Shown here piece after piece: positions 27,709 through 34,822 of a stretch of 34,822 bases of DNA. The notes under the pieces are model-generated. The model saw only the letters and a program-made list of their open reading frames with translations. It was not told where the DNA came from and searched no databases. The DNA lies in NCBI GenBank assembly GCA_027081145.1, contig JALWLB010000150.1, positions 1 through 34,822 on the forward strand, written 5' to 3'. The DNA is from Campylobacterales bacterium. Lineage in GTDB: Bacteria; Campylobacterota; Campylobacteria; Campylobacterales; QNZT01. Every line of letters starts with the position of its first letter. Position 1 is the first letter of the stretch. Made by a program: the position numbers and the translations under genes.

Positions 27709-28258
27709 ATTGCCCGCCTCTAAATATAATTTTTTTGGGGGTTACATAGTAGTGTGCTTGTATATCAAGATCATTACAAATCTTCTCTTTGGTAAAACAT
27801 TCTTCAATTTGCACAAATACAACTATGGGTTTACATGATAGTGTTTCAAAAAATCTATCATACATACCTTTTCCAAATCCAACTCTTTTTAAGTTCCCAT
27901 CAACCCCAATAACAGGAACAATAATCAAATCAACTTTTTTCTGTATAAATAGTGAGTTGGGAGGCTCCAATATTCCAAACCTCTTTCTCGTTAAAGGAAG
28001 CCTATATTTTACCATCTTAAAACTGACACCTTCCATAAAAGGAGTTAATATCTTAATTTTTTTTTTATATTTAATTAATAATGAATTTAAATTTGGCTCT
28101 ATCTGTAATGGTTGATAAAATAGTATGCTTTTTGGTTTTAACATTTTGATAATCAATTCAACTTTTTGTGCAACTTGTTTATCTTTATAGAGTTTTGATC
28201 TTTGTGATGATTTTTGTAATCTCTTTAAAAATATTTTTCTAAATTCACTTTTGTCCAC
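27635..28258 (-). CDS. ygfA: 5-formyltetrahydrofolate cyclo-ligase
   Basis: FGILEP, DLIIVP, RVGFGKGMYDRF. Confidence 0.93.
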   Translation of the reverse strand: MDKSEFRKIFLKRLQKSSQRSKLYKDKQVAQKVELIIKMLKPKSILFYQPLQIEPNLNSLLIKYKKKIKILTPFMEGVSFKMVKYRLPLTRKRFGILEPPNSLFIQKKVDLIIVPVIGVDGNLKRVGFGKGMYDRFFETLSCKPIVVFVQIEECFTKEKICNDLDIQAHYYVTPKKIIFRGGQYDNRASCWSECSNFRSYSSFFYSK

Positions 28259-28309
28259 TTTAAGCCTTTAAGCTATATAATATTTTACTAATATTGTATA
28301 AGGAAAAAC

Positions 28310-28873
28310 TTGAAAACACAAATACAGATAATAGTAACTATATTAATGACTCTTTTTTTTATGAGTGGTTGTGAAAACAAAGAGAACCAACCAGTACAAC
28401 AAAATCAAACTAAAAATAAACAGACAAAAAGCTCCGATATAAAATTAACCACAACTAATGAGACGCTTATCAATTTAACTCCGATCAAAGATGGATTTAT
28501 CTTTCATGATTTTAAAGATAAAATTGTTCTTATCAATTTTTTTGCAACATGGTGTCCACCTTGTAAATACGAAATACCTCATCTAGCCAATCTTCAAAAA
28601 AAATATAGAGATAATTTACAAATTATAGGTGTACTTTTAGAAGAGAATAAGACAAATAGTGAATTAAGAGAGTTTATAAAAGAGTTTGAGATTAATTATC
28701 CAGTAACCAATGGTAGTGCAAATTTTAATTTTGCAAATATATTTGGAGGAGTGCAAAGCATTCCAACAACTTTTATATTTGATAAATCTGGTAAATATGT
28801 TACACACTACAATGGTGCAGCTCCAGAAGAGATGATCGATTTTGATATACAAAAGGTGTTAAATAAAAAATGA
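28310..28873 (+). CDS. TlpA-family disulfide reductase lipoprotein
   Basis: Lipobox MSGC, INFFATWCPPCKYEIP, IPTTFIFD. Confidence 0.9.
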   Translation: MKTQIQIIVTILMTLFFMSGCENKENQPVQQNQTKNKQTKSSDIKLTTTNETLINLTPIKDGFIFHDFKDKIVLINFFATWCPPCKYEIPHLANLQKKYRDNLQIIGVLLEENKTNSELREFIKEFEINYPVTNGSANFNFANIFGGVQSIPTTFIFDKSGKYVTHYNGAAPEEMIDFDIQKVLNKK

Positions 28874-29751
28874 TAAATTTTTTTAAAAAGAGTCTATTTA
28901 AAACTTCAGAAACTATAAAAGAGATTGTACCTAAAAAAAAGAGCACTATTACAAAAGAGTTACTTGAAGAAATACTATTAGAATCTGATGTTACTTATGA
29001 GCTTGTAGAAGAGATAATTTATTATATGCCACCTTCAAATACAGTAACTAGAAAAGATGTAAGAAGAGTATTATTATCATACTTTATAGATATTCCAAAA
29101 GTACAAGAGATTGATACTAAACCTTTTGTTGAGTTGATCTTTGGTGTAAATGGAGCTGGTAAAACCACAACGATAGCTAAACTTGCATTCAACTATAAAA
29201 GCAATAACCAAAGTGTTATCTTAGCAGCTGCCGATACTTTTAGAGCAGCTGCAATTGAGCAGTTAAAAAGTTGGGCAGAGAAATTGGATGTTGGGATAGT
29301 TTATACCAAACAAGGACATGATCCATCGGCTGTTACATTTGATGCAATTAACTCTGCTATTGCAAAAGGGGTAGATAGAGTTATCATAGATACTGCAGGA
29401 AGACTTCATACTCAATCAAACTTATCAAATGAGCTTAAAAAAATAGTACGAATTTGCAATAAAGCAAAAGAGGGCTCTCCTCATAGAAAAATATTGATAC
29501 TTGATGGCACACAAGGAAACTCAGCCATAAATCAAGCACACGCTTTTAATGACATGATAGGAATTGATGCACTAATAATAACAAAACTTGATGGCAGTGC
29601 CAAAGGTGGTGCACTATTTTCAATAGCAAAAGAGTTACAAAAGCCTATACTTTATATTGGTGTTGGTGAGGGCAAGGCAAATTTAGTCGAATTTGATAAA
29701 GAGAAATTTGTTGATGCTTTATTGGATTTTATATTTGAAGATGAAAATTAA
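28870..29751 (+). CDS. ftsY: Signal recognition particle receptor
   Basis: GVNGAGKTTTIAKLA, DTFRAAA, DTAGR, TKLDGSAKGG. Confidence 0.97.
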   Translation: MINFFKKSLFKTSETIKEIVPKKKSTITKELLEEILLESDVTYELVEEIIYYMPPSNTVTRKDVRRVLLSYFIDIPKVQEIDTKPFVELIFGVNGAGKTTTIAKLAFNYKSNNQSVILAAADTFRAAAIEQLKSWAEKLDVGIVYTKQGHDPSAVTFDAINSAIAKGVDRVIIDTAGRLHTQSNLSNELKKIVRICNKAKEGSPHRKILILDGTQGNSAINQAHAFNDMIGIDALIITKLDGSAKGGALFSIAKELQKPILYIGVGEGKANLVEFDKEKFVDALLDFIFEDEN

Positions 29752-29759
29752 ACTACTTT

Positions 29760-31109
29760 ATGGCTAAACAAAAAAGCTTATTTGAGTGTCAAGCTTGTGG
29801 ATATCATAGCTCAAAATGGATGGGAAAGTGTCCAAACTGTGAAGCTTGGGATCAATTTTTAGAATTAAACTCAACTCAACAAGAGGTATTAAAATTAACT
29901 TCACAAAAAAAATCACCCAACTCATCTGCAATTTCAATAACGCAAATCAAAGAGGAAAATTACATTAGATTTTCTTCATATGATGATGAGTTAAATCTTG
30001 TTTTAGGTGGTGGAATTGTACCTGGAAGTTTAACTCTTATAGGAGGAAGTCCAGGGGTTGGAAAATCAACACTACTTTTAAAAATAGCTGGTAATTTAGC
30101 AAAAAATGGGAAAAAAGTTTTATATGTTAGTGCCGAAGAGTCACAAGGGCAGATAAAATTAAGAGCAAATAGATTAAATGCAAATGAAGAAAATTTATAT
30201 CTACTTAGTGAGATAGATCTTTCAAACATTTTTGAAGAGTTACAAAATAATAAATTTGATATATTGATAGTTGATTCAATCCAAACTATATACTCAGATA
30301 AATTAAGCTCAGCTCCAGGAAGTGTTTCACAAGTAAGAGAGATTACATTTGATCTCATGAGATATACAAAAGGTGCCAAATGTGCTACATTTATCATCGG
30401 ACACATTACAAAAGAGGGCTCAATTGCAGGTCCTAGAGTGCTTGAACATATGGTTGATACAGTGCTCTATTTTGAAGGTGATTCAAATAAAGAGATAAGA
30501 ATATTAAGAAGTATCAAAAATAGATTTGGATCAACTAGTGAAATAGGTGTATTTGAGATGACCAAAAGTGGTCTTATAAGTGCTAAAAATATCTCCAAAA
30601 AATTTTTTAGTACAAATTCAACACAAGCTGGTTCAGCTATAACAGTTACAATGGAGGGAACTCGCCCAATAATTTTAGAAGTTCAAGCTTTAGTTAGTGA
30701 GAGTTGTTATCCAAATCCTAAAAGAAGTGCTACGGGATTTGAATTAAATAGACTAAATATGCTCTTAGCTTTGCTTGAGAGAAAGCTTGGATTGCCATTT
30801 AATGAATATGATGTATTTGTAAATATTGCAGGAGGTATCAAGATAAGTGAAACTGCTACCGATTTGGCAATTATTGCGGCAATTGTGAGTAGTTTTAAAG
30901 ATAGGGTGATATCAAAAGATACCATTTTTATCGGAGAAGTTTCACTAATAGGAGATATTAGAGATGTTTTTAATCTTGAACAGAGATTAAATGAGGCTTC
31001 ATCTCAAGGTTTTACAAAAGCGATAGTGCCAAAAAAACCACTCAAAAGTATAAAAAACATAAAGTGCTTTGAGGCAAATGAGGTTTCAAAGCTAATTGAT
31101 TGGATGTGA
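29760..31109 (+). CDS. radA: DNA repair protein RadA/Sms
   Basis: CQACG...CPNC zinc finger, GSPGVGKS, KNRFG. Confidence 0.98.
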   Translation: MAKQKSLFECQACGYHSSKWMGKCPNCEAWDQFLELNSTQQEVLKLTSQKKSPNSSAISITQIKEENYIRFSSYDDELNLVLGGGIVPGSLTLIGGSPGVGKSTLLLKIAGNLAKNGKKVLYVSAEESQGQIKLRANRLNANEENLYLLSEIDLSNIFEELQNNKFDILIVDSIQTIYSDKLSSAPGSVSQVREITFDLMRYTKGAKCATFIIGHITKEGSIAGPRVLEHMVDTVLYFEGDSNKEIRILRSIKNRFGSTSEIGVFEMTKSGLISAKNISKKFFSTNSTQAGSAITVTMEGTRPIILEVQALVSESCYPNPKRSATGFELNRLNMLLALLERKLGLPFNEYDVFVNIAGGIKISETATDLAIIAAIVSSFKDRVISKDTIFIGEVSLIGDIRDVFNLEQRLNEASSQGFTKAIVPKKPLKSIKNIKCFEANEVSKLIDWM

Positions 31110-31258
31110 CTTATATCAAAAAAATAAACTTTTTACTCTATATTTTCACCAATACTCTTTTTTTCTAAAATACTTTTAAAACATAATACAACCTCATAAA
31201 AAACATAAAATCAGTGACGATATAGTAGGTAAGATAATATAATACAAGGAAAAAAAAT

Positions 31259-32026
31259 ATGAAGATGGAGCCTACTTTTACAAAATTTTTAATTTTTATC
31301 ATATTATTAAGTACTATATTTATAGGTTGTGATACTAACTCCATAAAAACTGCAAATACTACAAACATTGAACCAATTCATGAAAATGCTATTAATGATA
31401 ATGTTATAGCTGATAAAGATCAAAAAGAGCAAACAAGCAATTTTTTAAGATCTGTAGAAAAGTTTCAAAATGATGTAAAAAACATAAAAAAAACTCTAAA
31501 AAATAAAACGCCATCTTATGAACAGTTTATAGCAACTTCAAAAGATGATTTAAGTGATTTGATAAACAGATATACCACTACTTTAGCTACAAATCCAGAT
31601 TCACCAACACTAGAGATATTAAAACAACAAATCATCAATGCTGATGTCTCCAATGTAACAGATATGAGTGGACTATTTAAAAATCAGACGACATTTAATT
31701 TAGATATTTCAAATTGGGATGTTTCTAATGTAACAAATATGAAAAAGATGTTTTATAAGGCATCTAAATTTAATCAAGATATCTCAAATTGGGATACATC
31801 AAGTGTAATAAATATGGATAAAATGTTTTATAAAGCATACAGTTTTAACCAAGATATTTCTAGCTGGGATGTATCCAATGTAACAAATATGCATAAAATG
31901 TTTTATAAAGCGTATAGCTTTAATCAAGATCTTTCAAGATGGGATATATCAAATGTAATAGATATGGACAAAATTCTTTATAAAACATCATCTTTTAGTC
32001 AAAATAGTTTTGATATAGAGTCTTAA
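31259..32026 (+). CDS. DUF285/BspA-like repeat surface lipoprotein
   Basis: Lipobox IFIGC; 25-aa repeats FNQDISxWDVSNVTNMxxMF. Confidence 0.88.
   Translation: MKMEPTFTKFLIFIILLSTIFIGCDTNSIKTANTTNIEPIHENAINDNVIADKDQKEQTSNFLRSVEKFQNDVKNIKKTLKNKTPSYEQFIATSKDDLSDLINRYTTTLATNPDSPTLEILKQQIINADVSNVTDMSGLFKNQTTFNLDISNWDVSNVTNMKKMFYKASKFNQDISNWDTSSVINMDKMFYKAYSFNQDISSWDVSNVTNMHKMFYKAYSFNQDLSRWDISNVIDMDKILYKTSSFSQNSFDIES
31643..32003 (+). repeat. About five tandem 75-bp coding repeats
   Basis: Repeat units begin at 31643, 31718, 31793, 31868 and 31943. Confidence 0.85.
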
Positions 32027-32375
32027 AATATTGATGATATGCTCTATACAGACTAAGCATAAATTGAAAAGTCAATATTCCTAAAAAATCAGCTACAATA
32101 TCCCAAAAGCTTGGGCTTCTATAAGTTGTAAAAGATTGTAAAATTTCGATAAAGATTCCAAATGCTAAAAGTGCAACTACATTTCTAATTCGTTTTTTAT
32201 AACTAGATGATGCCCTATTTAACAAAAAAGATAGAATAAAAAAAACTATAAAGTGCCCAACTTTATCACCATGTCTAAAATCAAGTACAGATAAGCCACT
32301 CTGTATAAGAGCTGAAAATAGCACCACCATAGAAGCGATAAAAAAAGCTATTTTAAAATGTTTTCTTGTAATCAT
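31995..32375 (-). CDS. VanZ family membrane protein
   Basis: DKVGHF, IEILQ, R..S..DIVAD..G. Confidence 0.88.
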   Translation of the reverse strand: MITRKHFKIAFFIASMVVLFSALIQSGLSVLDFRHGDKVGHFIVFFILSFLLNRASSSYKKRIRNVVALLAFGIFIEILQSFTTYRSPSFWDIVADFLGILTFQFMLSLYRAYHQYFKTLYQNYFD

Positions 32376-32399
32376 GTAGCCCCTTTTATCTAAGATCGG

Positions 32400-33131
32400 C
32401 TAAATTATCTCAAAAATATACTCTTTTTTAAAAGATTTTTGAATAATTTCTATAATTTTCAAATTCTCAAACTCTATTTTTGAAAATTCACTCTCATTTT
32501 GCGGTTTATGTATAGCTAGTGCTCTAACAACTTTACCTCTATATGCTTTTGCCCAATGGCTAACAGTTTTAGAGTTTTTTATAAACTTCATTGTAATATA
32601 TTTTTTCTTTGGCTTATAAAATTTTTCATAAAATCCAGCTCTTAGATCTATAATAAACTCATCTTTTAAATACTCATCAAGTGCGGCAGAAAAATTTTGT
32701 TTATAAAAATCTTCTATCTTAAATCCATTTAATTTTTCACCCTGTTTTAGCTTATAATATGGAAGATTTGTTTTTGCAAGTATTGGACCAAATAGATTTG
32801 AAAAAATTATCAAATTATTATCCAAAAATATTTGAGCATCTTTATTTAAAGTGTTATATTTCAAATACTCATACCCAACTCCACTATATCTTTGAATAGC
32901 TTTTAAAGTTTTGCTTGTAAAAATATTTTGGGCTTTATATGTGGATATATCTTTGAGTCCAAAAAGTTTTTGCAATTCATTGTCATTTGCATTTTCAACA
33001 AACTCTTGATATTTTTGCAAAATATATACTCTTTTTTCATATAGATCTTCAAATAAAAAATCTTTTTTATCAATTTGCCCATATAAAGAGTCGCTAATTT
33101 TTGCTTCACTTGGTGAAAATAGTATTTTCAT
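32400..33131 (-). CDS. yaaA: YaaA family (peroxide stress) protein
   Basis: ILFSPSEAK, RYSGV, SNLFG, SHWAKAYRG. Confidence 0.85.
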   Translation of the reverse strand: MKILFSPSEAKISDSLYGQIDKKDFLFEDLYEKRVYILQKYQEFVENANDNELQKLFGLKDISTYKAQNIFTSKTLKAIQRYSGVGYEYLKYNTLNKDAQIFLDNNLIIFSNLFGPILAKTNLPYYKLKQGEKLNGFKIEDFYKQNFSAALDEYLKDEFIIDLRAGFYEKFYKPKKKYITMKFIKNSKTVSHWAKAYRGKVVRALAIHKPQNESEFSKIEFENLKIIEIIQKSFKKEYIFEII

Positions 33132-33134
33132 ATT

Positions 33135-34822
33135 TTACTCTCTATTACAAATTTTTTTATATGGACAATATTTACAGTTATCATGCAGAGTTGTTAATGT
33201 AAAGTTTTGCTCTTTATTGGCTAGAGATTTTAGATGATAATCAAGTAATTTTAATTTTTCATCAAAAAATTGATCCTCTACAATAGTCGCACTGTTTAAA
33301 TCATAAAATCCTACACTTTGTACATCTGCTTCTTGAGAGCTTAAAAGATAGTAAAATTGTAATTGAAAATCACTAGTTTTTTCAAGTTGTTTTATACTCG
33401 GTTGTTTGATAGTGCCACTTTTGTAATCAAGCACAAAAAGTTTATTATCCTTGATATCTACTCTATCAATTTGACCTACAAGTTTAAACCCCTGATAGAC
33501 ACTCTTTTTCTCTATCTCTGTAGTCAATACTCTATAACCACTTTTAAATCTTTTGATCTCTTGTGTCGCAAACTTTTGTAATTTTTTAATCCAAATATCG
33601 ATATAAAATTTTTTTAAATTATCTTTTTGTATGGCTTGATATAGATACTTTTGTAAATTAAATATAAGCTCATCTTCCTCAAAATATGAATCCCTATCTT
33701 CATAAAGCTTTTTTAATCCATCATGTAGGATAATACCTATATCTTTTTGATTGATAATATCTGTTGGAATTTCAGCCTCTTTGATATTTTGAATATATTT
33801 TAAAAAATATTTTCTTTTGCAATCAAGATAAGTTTTTAATTTTGTAGCAGATAGCTCAATTTTGGAAAAGTCATACTCCAATATCAAGTCATCTTTATAA
33901 AAGTGCTCTCTTTGAGGATGAGACTTAAACAGTATAGATTCTAAATCAAGTTCATTGGTTATATTGTTGTTAGTGCTAATGTTAAGTTCATCTAAAAATC
34001 TTGATGGTTGATTTAATTCATCTTCTACATATGATATACTTATATGTTTGGCTCTATCAAATGCCATTTTGTAGTAGTATTTTTGTAAGTTTTCTCTATC
34101 TTTTGCAGTTGGAAGATTTGCTAAAAATCTCACATCACTAGATAAAAACATATCTTTTGTACTACGAATTGGAACTTTATCTTCATTAAAATCAACAACT
34201 ATCAAAGCTTCAAACCAAACTCCTCTTGTCTCTAAAACTTCCAATACAGTAACCTTACCACCTCTAATATCATCAATACTGCGAGATTTTAATCTATTTA
34301 AAAATAGATGTAATACTTTATGAAAAGGATAATTTTGCAACTTATCAAATAGTTTTGAAAATAAAAAGAGCTCCTCTTTATAAATATTTATCTCTTGTAT
34401 ATTTTTATCCAAATCAACAAATTGTTCAAAAACTCTCTTCATCTGTTTTGAAGATAACTTATTTTTCCATGTTGAGATATCTTTTAATATCTCTTGTGTA
34501 TCAAGATTTAATCTTTTTAATATATGTCCATTTTTTATGCTTGGTTCTAAGAAATAGTTATATAAAGATGATAACTTTTGATAAGTTGCCGTTTTTTGAT
34601 AAGAAAACCCCATAGCAAAATTAAAATTATTCTCTTTATCAAAAAGCTCTAATAGATCAACAAAAGAGTTATCTGTTAGGATTACTGCTATATTTTTAGC
34701 ATCTATTCCAAGTTTTATATATTCACTTACTCTTTTTTTTATATATGCAACTTGCAATATTCTATTTTTAGCTGGAAAGATTTCATAGCTATTTTTTGGT
34801 GGTATAATTTTATCTTTTTTTT
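33135..34822 (-). CDS. addB: AddB-like PD-(D/E)XK nuclease subunit, 5'-partial
   Basis: Frame is open to the window edge. LETRG, LSATKL...CKRKY, GQIDRVD, LDYKSG, CKYCPYKKIC (Fe-S staple). Confidence 0.8.
   Translation of the reverse strand, partial: KKDKIIPPKNSYEIFPAKNRILQVAYIKKRVSEYIKLGIDAKNIAVILTDNSFVDLLELFDKENNFNFAMGFSYQKTATYQKLSSLYNYFLEPSIKNGHILKRLNLDTQEILKDISTWKNKLSSKQMKRVFEQFVDLDKNIQEINIYKEELFLFSKLFDKLQNYPFHKVLHLFLNRLKSRSIDDIRGGKVTVLEVLETRGVWFEALIVVDFNEDKVPIRSTKDMFLSSDVRFLANLPTAKDRENLQKYYYKMAFDRAKHISISYVEDELNQPSRFLDELNISTNNNITNELDLESILFKSHPQREHFYKDDLILEYDFSKIELSATKLKTYLDCKRKYFLKYIQNIKEAEIPTDIINQKDIGIILHDGLKKLYEDRDSYFEEDELIFNLQKYLYQAIQKDNLKKFYIDIWIKKLQKFATQEIKRFKSGYRVLTTEIEKKSVYQGFKLVGQIDRVDIKDNKLFVLDYKSGTIKQPSIKQLEKTSDFQLQFYYLLSSQEADVQSVGFYDLNSATIVEDQFFDEKLKLLDYHLKSLANKEQNFTLTTLHDNCKYCPYKKICNRE

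Noticed and set aside
28259-28309. 6S RNA expected upstream of ygfA
   Set aside because: Only 51 nt separate the divergent ygfA and tlpA genes, too short for 6S RNA.
31643-32003. Regularly spaced repeats as a possible CRISPR array
   Set aside because: They are in-frame 75-bp degenerate coding repeats of DUF285 with no unique spacers and no cas genes.
847-34615. Many short antisense or alternate-frame ORFs (e.g. 847, 9994, 14376, 20685, 27789, 29960, 34355)
   Set aside because: They are shadows of well-supported genes, with no recognisable motifs.

Overview
AT-rich (roughly 27-30% GC by eye) Campylobacterota (Epsilonproteobacteria) chromosomal segment. The assignment rests on the ribA/hemB-argF-DUF2603-hemN-FeS gene order, the tmRNA tag ANNTNYRPALAVA and frequent TGnTATAAT-type promoters. 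Most of it is housekeeping: ribA, hemB, argF, hemN, metY, ruvB, panB, trpA, ssrA, rny, ygfA, tlpA, ftsY, radA, yaaA and a partial addB. Two accessory blocks stand out. (1) 7.4-17.2 kb, all on the minus strand: three tandem Hsp20 genes behind a HAIR-like (HspR) operator, one carrying a Sec-type signal peptide. These are followed by a MoxR-DUF58-VWA-VWA-TPR-BatD (Bat) cluster whose TPR gene has one in-frame TAA, then nhaA and a bacterial voltage-gated Na+ channel. (2) 22.8-26.2 kb, directly after tmRNA: a zeta-toxin-like ATPase remnant, a decayed signal-peptide ORF, and modABC with a BrnT/BrnA-type toxin-antitoxin pair inserted between modB and modC inside an exact 18-bp direct repeat. Four gene junctions in this islet share the core CTACATGATA. 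Several intergenic palindromes and orphan promoters were also seen. All calls come from reading the sequence; no database searches were run.
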